Shown here: piece after piece, positions 1 to 11,925 of the stretch
Layout: each line of letters starts with the position of its first letter
How positions within the stretch are numbered: position 1 is the stretch's first letter
NCBI GenBank assembly: GCA_037447605.1
Contig: CM074820.1
Span: 1,364,001-1,428,000 of the forward strand
DNA length: 64,000 nucleotides
Direction: 5' to 3'
From: Zygnema circumcarinatum SAG 698-1b
Taxonomy: Eukaryota; Plantae; Zygnematophyceae
Made by a program: the position numbers and the translations under genes
The notes under the pieces: generated by a model
Told to the model about the DNA's origin: nothing
Seen by the model: only the letters and a program-made list of their open reading frames with translations
Databases searched by the model: none

Positions 1-1
1 T

Positions 2-247
2 ACTCTGCAAGATACTGTATCCAGCCGGCTCCAAGAAAAGCCCGAGTTAAATGAAGGAAACTCTGTTCGACGCGAAAGGGAGTGTGTTATGTGTATGAGT
101 GAAGAAGGCTCTGTGGTGTTTCTACCCTGCGCCCACCAAGTGGTTTGCAGGATGTGCAATAGCCTCCACGAGCAGAGGGGAATGAGGGACTGCCCTTCAT
201 GCCGTACTCCTATTCAGCAGAGAATTCGTGTATTTGGGGCGTCTTAG
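2..247 (+). CDS. 3' end of RING (C3HC4-type) E3 ubiquitin ligase, RF298/RF4/MIP1-like; 5' part outside window
   Basis: Frame from nt 2 reads ...RRERECVMCMSEEGSVVFLPCAHQVVCRMCNSLHEQRGMRDCPSCRTPIQQRIRVFGAS*, with TAG at 245-247. This matches the C-terminal RING of plant RF298-type proteins. It is absent from the ORF track. Confidence 0.9.
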   Translation, partial: TLQDTVSSRLQEKPELNEGNSVRRERECVMCMSEEGSVVFLPCAHQVVCRMCNSLHEQRGMRDCPSCRTPIQQRIRVFGAS

Positions 248-1247
248 CTTCCTAAGGGCTTACAAGGACAACAGCCTTTGATGCTGAGGAGGCCTTCCTA
301 CTACCTGTCAGGTTGTATCAATAACGGATGGACTTCAGGGGGAGACCAAGTGGGAGATTCTCTCTCTGAGGATAGCAGAGGAGGTGCTGCTGTTTGCACT
401 CGAGGTGTTTTGTGGCGTTTCTCTGAACTTTTTATTCTGCTCCAGGCAGTCGCTCTCGCTTGCAGTCTCTCTGACATTGTCAAGACAACTTTTTTGCTGC
501 GATAAAGGACGCCCTGCCTGCTGCGCTTTGTTTCTGCAGCCATTGGTTCTATGGATGAAAAAATTCTCGCTCTAAAGAGCGGAATTTTGTGGTGGAAATG
601 GTTTATGCTTGCTGCTTTGTATTGGGCACGACTCCTTTGCCCGGCCAAAGGCATGATTTTCCATAATGTTCAGAAGGTTGGTCTGTCCTGTAATTGGTTG
701 ACATGGGACTTCAATCGCATGTCTCGGACAAAGGTGTTGGATTTTAAGTTCGGGCATCAGATGTGGAGAAAAAGAGTTTCCCCCCTTGATTGGGGAGAAA
801 GTCCTGATAACCGCTGGAGACTGGCCTCTCTCAAAAAGTCTGTACGTGTGGCAATTTCATATAGGGCGTGGCTCACCCCAAATGCAAGTAACCGAAGATC
901 CTCAAGTGTGTGCAGCTCATTAGTACATTTGTATGCTCTAAGTTGCACAAGTCAATTCCACGTGCTCGTCATCTGACCTAGATTGAAAGGGGGGAAAAAG
1001 CCGGCGAGGGGGGAGGAGGTGGGGGGGGGGGGGGNNNNNNNNNNGAGGGAGAGAGGGGGGGAGGTGTGGTGGGGATGAGGGAGAGGGAGAGTGGGAGAGG
1101 TGAAGAATTTACGGGGAGGGGGAGGGAAGAGGGCGGGGGCAAGAGGGAGAGGAGGGGGGGTGGGGAAAGAAGAGTGACGAAAGGGGGGAGGGATGGGGGA
1201 GGGGGCGGGGGCGGACATTCGGGAGTAAGGCATTGAAGTCTATGTTC

Positions 1248-1328
1248 GGAGACATGCTCATGCGGTGGCGCGACGACCGACTCGAACTTTCAAGGTGTGC
1301 GGGCTCCGCGGGATGGCGGGTATATGGT
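1248..1328 (+). pseudogene. Inverted degenerate fragment of a 2OG-Fe(II) dioxygenase exon (GDMLMRW..DR..NF..VR.PRDG.YM) with a 5-bp deletion
   Basis: ggagacatgctcatgcggtggcgcgacgaccgactc-----gaactttcaaggtgtgcgggctccgcgggatggcgggtatatggt aligns at roughly 80% with the reverse complement of 2059-2144. Confidence 0.85.
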
Positions 1329-1757
1329 CAAGCACATGAGCACAGCGCCAAGCAGGTCGACATTGACCAGTCCAACAAAAGGGCATCGACTGGTGCATGA
1401 TTCGACTCTTGTATTGAGTAATTTCAGTCGGCACTTGGCTAAGACTGTGAACTTATACAGCCTGTAGTTGGTTTAAGTTATATTATCACGTAGAACCATA
1501 CAATGTGCGCTGTCCGAAAGCACCATCCGAAAGCACACCTCTCCTCTTCTAAGTGCTATATTAAATATATATATTCTCTATATCACGAGATTATATTACT
1601 ATGAAACACAGGAACTATATGATTCGGATTTCACTACGAGTTGCTAAGGCCCTCTTTTGACATCGTCTCTCTTTAAAGCTTCCGCATGGATGCCGCATAT
1701 TAACCAACAACTCAACCACGGTACTAGTACTTGTAATCATATAAAGCGCCGCCTTAT

Positions 1758-2516
1758 CTAGACCTCCGCCTTGAGAGCCTGCTGCAGACGGAGCTTCTCC
1801 GCCATGTCGTAGTTGCGCTTCATCGCCTCAAGGAGGAAGGCTCCGCCCGTGACGGGCGGATACTTCCTCAGAGGGCCTTCGATCACAGAGCTTTTGTTGG
1901 CCTGGTTGAAGTACGCAAGGCTGTACCGCGCTCCCTGCACAATGAAGACAAGCAAACATAAAGCAAGCACGTTTAGACAATGAGGGGGATGGNNNNNNNN
2001 NNGGCAAAGGGGAAGGGGGGAGAGGGGGAAGGGGGGAGGGGGGAGGGAGGAGGAGCATACCATGTACTCGCCATCCCGCGGAGACCGCACGCGATGAAAG
2101 TTGGATTTTAGCCGATCGTCGCTCCACCGCATGAGCATGTCGCCAATGTTAATAGTGATGGCGCCCTTCACGGGAGGAACAGGACTCCACTCGTCGCCCG
2201 CTGCGAAGTCAGTGGACGCCTCTCGTCCTGCCACGCATCCGCCCGTGTTCCATGTCAGTTCAACACAACGGACCGGAAACGAAACTGCGGCATTCTGGAT
2301 CGTTATGTCTGCCGGCGAGCAGAGGCTGTAGGAAAGGTCCAAGCTTACTTATGGCACGCAAGATTACAGAGGAAAATGTGGTGGTCTATAGTGTGACGGT
2401 ACTCTGAGAGGGGGAAGGGTGTGTGGAAGGAGGAGTGGGAGTGGGAGGAGAGGGCAGGGAGGCTCGAGGAGTGAGATAAGTGAGAGAGGGGAGGGGAAAG
2501 GAAGATTGTGAGAGAG

Positions 2517-2593
<77 letters not shown>

Positions 2594-4209
2594 GCACGCA
2601 CCTGGGCAGACCTCCAGCCCATCTTGGCCGACTCTCTGAAACAAGAGTGTGAGCGTGTCGAAGTCCGTGTGTGCACCGGCCCGCCACGTGGCGGGCCCCC
2701 CCGAGGCACTCTCTCCCTCCTTGAGGGCGAAGTAATGCAGCATTCGCAGCGTTTGCTGACTGTCCTTGTGAGAGGGGTCATGGTGCTGCTCGAAGAAGGT
2801 CTGTGCGGCACTCATGGGGGGGAGGGTTTGAATCAGAATAAGAACGTTTAAGAAATGAGCTAGTTTAACTATTAACTTTGTGAACGGTTCAGAAAGCAAT
2901 GCAGGCCTGAGATAGGAGGTGCTTCGTCTCCAATAGCTCGAGGAAGGGCATTGCTCACGTAGAAAAAAGCTTACATTGAGATTGGAACCACAATCAGGTG
3001 TCTCACGCTAATGAGTCACTTAATTGTTAGATCATAACATGTGAGTAAGTAATACATGAACAAGCAGACACATAAATAAAAATAACAATAAAAAAAAAGT
3101 AAATAAGTAGACGAATAGTTGATTAAATCATTTTTTTTTTTTGATTTGAGCCTCCCAAAGCTGACCTCGGGAAAGCCCAGTCCGATGGCGAAGCAGGAGA
3201 GGAGAAGGAGGGAGACTCTCTGCGTTTCCTCCATGAAGGATTCAGAGAAGGAGCGGAAGCCCGCGCAGTCCTCCTCGCTGGGCCACCTCTCCTCCGCACT
3301 CCCTCGCCGCATCTGCTCGCTCACAACATCATTTTTTTTTTTTTTTAAAGAATTAATTTCAGCATAGAAATCACATGTTAACATCACAACAGTTATTTCG
3401 CACATGATACTAAACATTAATAATTATAATAATAATTAGGGTTAATAATTATAGTAATTATTAGTTTTAATAATCACTTTATATTAACTGACGTGATAGA
3501 ATTCCTTTATGGTAAATTGATTTCTATCGCAAAGTAAAAAGCTGATTACCTTTTTAACTTAGTTAAAAATTTCTGAAAGGCAAGGTATAGGAGTAATCTA
3601 AGAAAGGCCGGCGTTATTATTTTATTAAGCACATGCCTGCAGAGATTCCTTCAAGTCGGGGGTGCCAGTAGAGGGTCTTATTTGGCCCTTCTTTTCCCAC
3701 CCAACATTGGCCTCCTTCACCAGCGCACTCTTCGCCTTCACTTCGTCAGGCAGAGCGAAAAACTTCGCTGAGTACTCAAATGCTGAAAAACCCACACAAG
3801 AAAAAAAAGAAAAAGAAAAAAAAACTAAACAAAAATTAGAGAGTTGTTGACCTCGCTCAGAAGGTGTCCAGGAAGAAACTAAAAAAAAAAAAAAAAAAAA
3901 AATCTGATTGATTTGAGATGAAGTCTGCAATAGTGGCGAACCTTCTTCAATAGTCTTTTCAGGAATGCCGTGGCCGACGATGTTGAAGAATCCAATTTCT
4001 TGCGCCGCCGCCATCACTTCGCGCACGATCTGCACTCGCGAAGCGAAGTAAAAAGGAAATAAAATCATGTAATTTGAAGTCAGCGAGATTGAGAGGCAGG
4101 AGAAGGAGAAACCAAAGCATTGGATTGAAGGGAGCGTTGCGCCGCGAACCTGCGCTTTGCGATTTCCGAAGTCGGAGAGGTCGATTACGGGCACAATGCG
4201 GGCAGCCAT
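1758..4209 (-). CDS. 2-oxoglutarate/Fe(II)-dependent dioxygenase (isopenicillin N synthase-like fold), multi-exon
   Basis: Spliced product starts MAARIVPVIDLSDF (ATG 4209) and includes GFFNIVGHGI, IRPSTGTPDLKESLQ, AGAHTDFDTLTLLFQ (HxD), NIGDMLMRWSDDRLKSNFHRVR (distal His) and RYSLAYF (RxS). Stop TAG at 1758-1760. Confidence 0.93.
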
Positions 4210-4806
4210 TTTTTCCACGAGAGAGGGAGAGAGAGAGTGTGGGAGAGAGGGAGAGTGGGAGAGAGAGAGAAAGGGAGTGAGAGAGCGGGAGAGAGGGAGA
4301 TAGGGAGACAGAAAGGGAGAGAGGGAGATAGGGAGACAGAAAGGGAGAGAGGGAGAGGAGAGCGATCGAGTGAGAGAGGAAGCGAGAGAGAGAGAGAGAG
4401 GGGGAGAGGGTGAGAGAGAGTGGGAGAGAGAGGGAGAGAGAGGGGGAGAGCGGTGTGGGAGTTTCACAGGTGGCTGTGTGCGGAGTCTGGTACTCGACTC
4501 AGAGGAGGCGGCGCTGCCTCAGATTTGCGGGCTCGCACCTATATAGCATGACCGCACGTGCCAGGGAACGCGAACCGCAATTTACGGAAGCAAAAGTGCC
4601 ACGTGACATACATGCGTCAGGGGAGGTGCAGCTGCGGGCTCTGGCGGGCGAAGCTTCCCCGGAGTGTTCACACGGGACCGAATCCACCGGGATGTTGAAA
4701 CCGAGCCAGGTTCACTGCCCCAAAGGACCCTTCGCAGTTGATCCTAAAACCAACACCGGATCAGCCGCCGAATGACGCGGATAGTACGGAAAAGTGTGGT
4801 CGGAAA

Positions 4807-5016
4807 GGAAAATTCTATTCTCACACCTTTTTTGTCTACACACGGAGTAAAATCTGCCCGACGGAAAAAGGTGTGTATCGATTCCAACAAAGTGTAAAAA
4901 AAAAGATGAAAAAAAAAAGGTGTGAAAAGGTGTGTTCCTTTTTTTATCTATTTTAAAATCTGCCCGTCGAAAGGAGGTCTGTGTGTAGACAAAAAAGGTG
5001 TGAGAATAGAATTTCC
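4807..5016. mobile_element. 210-bp MITE with ~37-bp terminal inverted repeats (GGAAAATTCTATTCTCACACC...) and 8-bp TSD GTCGGAAA; Mutator-like by its G-initial TIR
   Basis: 4810-4843 is the perfect reverse complement of 4981-5014. GTCGGAAA sits at 4799-4806 and 5017-5024, directly flanking the ends. Internal direct repeat AAAATCTGCCCG. The superfamily call is inference. Confidence 0.85.
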
Positions 5017-6335
5017 GTCGGAAATCAACCGTTAAAGATTGTACGGCGTATCGTTGTTGGCAGACTCCCGTAATTTGGCGGAACTACCATAGATCGTGAC
5101 ATAATTTACCGAACAACGAGCATGGAGCTGAATGGAAACGGAGATCCCTATTGGCTCAGGCAGATATAATAAAAACAAAAAAAAAGATTTAGCACATTCT
5201 CAATCATAGAAACGCCGTTATCACTTTGTCGTGTTGCTGCCAACCGTCGTACGGACCAGATTCGAGGCCGCCCGGCCGCCTCCGCCCACCCGGGCGGCAG
5301 CCGGCCTGCGTCCTGCCTTCCGGCCGGCCGTCTGCCGGTCGTCGTCTCGTCGACTATCTCGCCGGCGCCGGCTCTCTCCGCCGTCGCGTTGCGGCTGACC
5401 TCGAATAGCTCCCGCGTGTGCGACAAACGTCTCCAACGTCTACACGTGTAGCCAGCTGGCTGACGCACCGACTACGTACGGGTCAGCAGGTCGCCTGCCA
5501 CGTCCCATTTTGCCACGTCAAAGAAGATCTGGTCGCAACCTCTGATTGGCTGACGAGATATTTGGGATGTGCCTCCATATGTTTGGGGTGCGCTTCCAGC
5601 TGACTGTGGGACGTTCTGGCATGCAGTCCCATGCTCCCTATAAACGATATATATATATATATCGAGATATTTTGCTACATATCTCTCTCTATACATCGTA
5701 AGAATATTGCGTATCTGATATGCAATCGAGCACATAATCTCAGTACCGTACTGTGCGGTTCTGTACGGCTGCCGACAACGACAACGCACCGATGAAAACT
5801 GTTCTATCATACCGATCCCAAGATTCGTTTGATCGGACGGTCCGGGGCCCTTTCACCGACATCTGCATCGCTTCCACGTTGGCCCCCGACCTCGGAGATG
5901 CCGCACCGACACAGCCGCGCGCCCCAATGGGCCCTTTTTGTCGGCAACATGCGCTGGGTGCCACGTGGCGCAATCCGATTCCCTGGCCGTTGTCCAAGAA
6001 AGACAAAGCGTCGCCCACGTCGTCCTGACTCGGCCCGCCATTGGTCCATAAGTACACGTGCAGTGGCGCCTGCCCATTGGCGTACGGATGGACGAGATGC
6101 ATTCCCATTGGTCAGGTTCTCGCAAAAGGCGACAAGCCGCCTCGGACAATATAAGTGCTTCTCGCTCCCTCATCGAGACTCTACTCCCTGTCTCTCCCTC
6201 GCTCCTCCCCCTCCTTCGTTCTCCCGCGACCCTCCCCCGTCCTCGTTCCCTCGTCCCCCCCCTCCTGCCTCCCTCTATCCTTCCATCCCCCCCTTCCCCC
6301 TCGCTTCCTCCGTCTTCTCCCTCCTCGTCCTCGCC

Positions 6336-9300
6336 ATGGCGGCGACGGAGCAGAGTAATGCGGTCGCGTACCTCCAAGGTGAGTCGCCACCCCCTGCCCC
6401 CATACATGCAAACCCTAACGCCCCAACCGAGCCCCTCCCTGCCCCCCTTCCCCCCCCAAGCCCGGGCTGAGCGGATTTTGTGGGGCGGCGGGTGGGGGCG
6501 CAGCGCGGGGCAGCGCGCTTCTGGAGTCGGTGCTGGTCAAGGTCGAGGTGAGGCGCTCGCCGCACATGGAACCTCCGTTAGGGTTTGCAGGCGAGGGCGG
6601 GCGGGCGCTGACTGACTGCTGGCTGACTGGTTGACTGGCTGACTGACTGACTAGCTGGGTGGCTGGCTGACAGGGCGACCTGGAGGGGACCGACAAGCAC
6701 GTTATGCCTCACAGGACGGACCTCCTTAAGATCGCGAAGGAGGCGGTCATGAAGACCAAGAAGAGGCAGATGCTCCCCAAGCTCGTCTCGCTCCTCGGTG
6801 CGTGCACACGTCCTCTCTCTCTCTCTCTCTCTCTCCCCCTCTCTCCCTCTCTCTGTCTTTCTCCCTCTCCCTCTCATGCACCGCGTGCAAGATTTCTCGC
6901 TACTCTTGGATTTCCCCAATTAGTCCTTTCTCACCTCTCTGTCTCTCTCATCCTCTTTCTTACTCACGCTGTCCTTCCTCTCCGCCCAATTTTGCACCCT
7001 TTCTTCTTTCTATAAAACCCCAATTTGGTCTCTCTCTAATTCCCTTCCTACCCCATTTCACGTTTTTTCTCCTCCCTCCTCCCCTGTCACACTCTCTTTC
7101 TCGTTCGCCTCTTACCCATTTTTACTACAGTCTCTTTCAACCCACCTCATCTGATGTTTTACCTTTCCCCCTTCCCCCCCAATTCATTCTCAGTCCCTCA
7201 CTTGCAACACTCTCTTCGTCCTTCTTCCACTTCCCCTTGATTTCAACTCTTCCCTTACTCCCTTTTCTCTTATTCCCCCTCCCCACCCACTCCCTCCCTC
7301 CCCTTTCTTCCCACCTTCCCCCGTTCACTTCCTTTCTGGACTTTAAACCTTGGCCCCACAATGCCGTCCGCAGTCTCCTCTTTCAGGGGACATCCTGCAT
7401 GCATGCACCCGGTCCTGTACGCATGATAGATGCATTCCATGCATCATGCCATGTATGCATGCAATGTATGCATGTACTGACGCATGCATGGGGGCCCTTT
7501 CAGACCCAGCGGACGGAGCGCAGTTCCGCATTCTCTCCTCTCGAGTGGACTCCGCCCTCCGTGCTTGGTACAAGCATCCGTTCGAGCAGCTCGTGGTCAG
7601 TTCAAAACATAACTACTTGAAAAAAAAAACCCACTTTTTCTGTCCGTAAAATTCCATAAAATCTTTACTTTACTAGCGTCTGAATCTGTAAAACCGAAAG
7701 AAAGCACAATTCACCGATTACTTCGATTTAATGTTTCATGTTTAATGTTTCTGCCGCATTTTGCTGCCATGCAGGACCTGTACCGGCTGTTCGACCCGCT
7801 GTACGGAGCGGAGGTGATGGAGGAGGAGGAGCTGAGTGTGGAGGACGTGGAGGCGCTGGAGATCAAATACTTGAGATTCCTCTTCTTCATTATGGACAAG
7901 TGCAACTACAGGATGGTGACTGACAGGGAGCTCGAGGTGGCCAGCGATGGAAACTACCTCCTCTCTCTCCCCGTGGAAGTGGACTCGTCCAAGGTCAGAA
8001 AGTTCTCCTCAAAATCTATCTCTATTTTGGAACCAAACTCACTGCCTCTTTCTTTTTTTCTTTTTTTTCTGCGTGATCGAGTGGTTGCCATGCAAATGAG
8101 AAATGGACGTAACTTGCTGAAGTACGTACTAAACCGAATATATACTTTTTGTGCAGCTTGACTCGGGGCTTTTCACACGCTTCTTCAAAACACACAACAT
8201 CGAGAAGCCGTCGTTTGCTGATAAGGTGAGCTTAAACCTACGCTGCTTTTTGCCGAAAAATCCAAAACATGCATGTTTCATAAAGAACCCCTTCTCCTCA
8301 ATCGCTTCCCTCCCTTTCTCCTCTTCACAAAGGCCCCTCCCCGCCTTGAACATATGAGGAGTCCTTCAGCACGACATGACGTGACATGACGTGAGGTGAC
8401 GTGACGTGACGTGACGTTGCCTGGGTGACGCAGTACCTCATATTCCGAAGAGGCGTCGGAAAGCACAGTGTGACCGATTACTTCTTTCTGCAAAAGTTGG
8501 ACCTCCTCCTGCAGAGGATGTGGATGGGTTTCGTCTACTGTATTACGTGCGCAGCATCCCTCAAACTCTGATCTTTTGACTTTCTGCATTCGTAGGAAGC
8601 AAACTGTGAGGTTTACGAACTTCTTACTCCTCACACGTAATCCTATCTCATGGCCTGCGAATGCATGCATGCATGCGCAGCGAATGACGACGCGGGGGGG
8701 CATTGAGAGCAGGTTTGGGCACATAAAGCTGAAGTCATGGGATCCGGTAATGCACGATTTGAGGAGGGAGGAGGACTCCCCGGAGGAGAGCGACACCCTC
8801 TCTATTGAACGAATTCACATGGACAACATTTACCTCAGGTGGGTTACTGCGGGAACACCGTATTAATAGCCTACCTAACAAAGGCAATAACTTGCAAAAC
8901 AAGCACGAGTTTTTTTGGGAGTTGTTGTTGTGCGTCTTTCATAGATGGCTTGCTGTAGAAAGCAGCAGTGCTTACCTCCCCTTTTCTTCCTCTGTCTGAA
9001 ACAGCCTCCGATTCTTCCTGTCGAAGGTGACGATTCAAGAGCCGACCTTCGAGCGAGTCATCATTCTTCACAGGTGCGCTACATTCTGGGTGTTTGGATG
9101 CAAGGGATTTTTTTTAATGGGAAACTCCCATTTTCGAACTCGGAATAGTTTATGACATACGATGAAAAGTAGCTTTTACTTATGTAAACGGACGATGTTT
9201 TTGCATGCAGACCTGCAACCCCCGCGGTGCCGGATCCCTTGGCTATGCTTGAGGGAGCTGTGAGTGAAAAACCTGGTCTCGGGGATCGCTCGATTATTTG

Positions 9301-9406
9301 TCGCCATTTTCGTCAAATACCGATGGCAGACATGGAAATAGTCTTGGTAAGCTCTCCCAATGCCGAATGTTCCCAGACCTGCGAGGGGAGATGAGAGAGA
9401 GAGAGT

Positions 9407-9437
<31 letters not shown>

Positions 9438-11171
9438 GGAGAGAAATGAGAAAGCCAATCCCACGACGATGCTGTTTTAGTCTTTTTTGCAGCGGTCTCC
9501 AGTCCAGTTTGTATTATTTATTTTTCTAACTTAGTTAGAAAGAAAACCGTACATTGTCTCCCGTTGTACCGACCGGTTTTCAGCTACTACTATTTGGGCT
9601 ATTATCTTTCTAGGGCATGTTAGAACTAACTTTTTTTTTTTGTTTTTTTTTTTTTTTGCAGCCCGAAAAGAAGACTCCGGGTCTGACTCCCCGTGACACA
9701 CTCAGCTTGAGCAGCACCTTCATTATCGGAGTGGTGAGTGGTCTTTTACTTCGTTCTCAATTCCGAAACACGTAGATGTGAAGCCATAAAACCCAACAGG
9801 GGATCAGTAGCAGTCTCTGAATGGCGGCATTTGCGGTGCAGGCCGCCGTGATATCGGCCGGAGCGGTCTCTCTGAGTTTCAGTGTCATCGTGGCGATGGC
9901 GGGTGTGTTTGCCACCTACATGTATAAAATTTACTATTCGTGAGTGCCCCCTCCCCCTCCCCCTCCCCCTCCNNNNNNNNNNCCCCCTCCCCCTCCCCCT
10001 CCTTCAAACCCCCCGTACACATCGCTCAGATCTCTCCTCTTGAGCTCCGCTGCCCAAAAGTGCTCAATTCTGCTACGCGGAAAGTATAGACGATTCCTTG
10101 CATTTTTTCTGAGTTTTTTTCCCAGCTCCCTTGTTCCTCCGGTTTCTTCAGATGGCAGGTGAGCATGGCCACTTACCAGGCGCTTCTGCAAACTTCAATG
10201 ATCGAAAAGCAGCTCGACAGCGGGCACGCCACTCTGCTTCATCTCAGTGACGATGTCTTGAACCAGGAGGTACCCTTCAAACATGTTTTAAATTTGTAGT
10301 TAAGGAAAGAGGGGAACGAGGAGCGGAAGGGGGGGGGAGGGGGGTGTTCGAATATTTAAGGACCATTCCACAGCTGCTTGCACTTTCTGCTTTTCTCACA
10401 AAGGCGCTGTTTTATGCTGGAGGGGGGTTGGAACAGTACAAAGAAGTGATGATTTCATATTTTATTCTGCTTACAACCGGCAGTGCCACCAAGGCGGTAA
10501 GTAAATTAAAACAAAAAGAATCCAAGTGTGGCAGCTGAAGTCCCATCCTAGATGTATGCAAGGTTAAGGATCAGAAGGCGGAAGGATGACATTAGTGTGG
10601 AGGTGCATGGCGTCTTATTGCTGAGAAATAAGTTAACGAATGCTGGAAATTTTGTCTGCCCCGCAGGATCTTGATAAGCGATGTGAGGCGTTCATGACTG
10701 AGAAATTCAACGAGCAAGTGCAGTTTGACGTGGAGGATGCGGCTTTCAAACTCCTGCACTTGAAGATGGCAAAAATCGTGAGAACCTAGAAATATATCAT
10801 CCTCCTATGCTCGAAATCGCCTCCTCAGATCCTTTCCACTCCCTCTCTTCTATTGTCCTCCTTCCCCTCAATCCACCTTCACATCTCCCCCCCTTCCCCC
10901 CCCCCCTCTCCCTCCTCTCCCTCACTCCTCCTTCAATCTACCTACTTCCATTCCCCTTCCTCTCTCCCTCTCAATCCTCTCGCTCTAATCCACCCTCCCT
11001 CCCTCCTTCCTCGTGCAGGACTCCGACGGTCTCTACACAGCGCTGCCCCTCGTTAAAGTCAACGCCGCCATCGGCAAAACCACGGACGAGGTCTACGGCC
11101 GCGAGGACTGGGAGCCCACTTTCGAGGCGCGCCCCGAGGAGGCGCCGACGGACCCCGCCGAGGCCGCGTAG
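6336..11171 (+). CDS. DUF3754-family membrane protein (plant At3g19340/At5g13940-like), multi-exon
   Basis: ATG 6336 in a GCCATGG context. A 44-nt exon at 6504-6547 restores the frame. Later exons read RVDSALRAWYKHPFEQLV, DLYRLFDPLYG, LLSLPVEVDSSKLD, YLIFRRGVG, PMADMEIVLPEKKTPGLTP and FDVEDAAFKL. The last exon DSDGLYTALPLVKVNAAIGKTTDE... ends at TAG 11169-11171. Confidence 0.88.
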
Positions 11172-11925
11172 CCGCCCGCCGAGTCCGCCATGGACTGCCT
11201 CCCGCCACCACTCGCTCTCCTGCAGATAGACAGGCTTTATTTAGGCTATGGGTTCACAGTTTTGGCAGTGGTTTTACACGCTCCCATGAATTAGGGCATT
11301 AAGTGCTTACTTGGACAGACAGAAGCAGAATTGAAGGAAGAGGCATGCGGTGCTCGCATGTTGAGGGGAACGCGTCCTCCTGCCGCTTGTAAGCATTTCA
11401 TTGGTGCGAGGCTTGCTCCGGCAGCTCGCCTGTATATAAATTCATCTTGTTCATGCTCAAACTTCGCCTGCCTCTTGCCGGATGTGATGGCGTCCTCACC
11501 CCTCGCATGCATGGAATGGGGAATCTTGGGGCTGCAATTATCGCGTTTAAAGTGGATGTTGAACTGAAGCGTCCACTCTCATGAAGCATTTAAACGAATC
11601 AAAACCATATGGACTGGCAGAAAGTCACAACGGTACGGGGCTTTCAAGCCAATGGCAAGAGTAAGAGCAATCGTACAATACAAAGCGGCTGTACCCGCCG
11701 ACCAAAAAAGGTAATTTGCTCGCTCAGACCTTTCTATCTCCCATAGAGTGCTTCTCTTGCTAACCCTGTACGACGAACGCGTTTGAGAAATGCCAGGACT
11801 GGGAAACAACTACTAGCCACATTACGCATACCAAAAATCTTAGGGCCGAAATCTGTTGCCACCTGACCGTAAGGTCAACAGAGTCGGTTTGCAGAAGTTA
11901 CACATGGTCCATCCGTTCTGTCCTG

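Noticed and set aside
278-976. ORFs of 75-141 aa after the RING gene
   Set aside because: No recognisable domain or splice structure; consistent with 3' UTR or intergenic sequence.
6336-6728. Apparent overlapping uORF or frameshift at the start of the DUF3754 gene (exon 1 donor phase 1, next obvious exon phase 0)
   Set aside because: A 44-nt exon at 6504-6547 (ARGSALLESVLVKVE) with AG/GT ends restores the frame.
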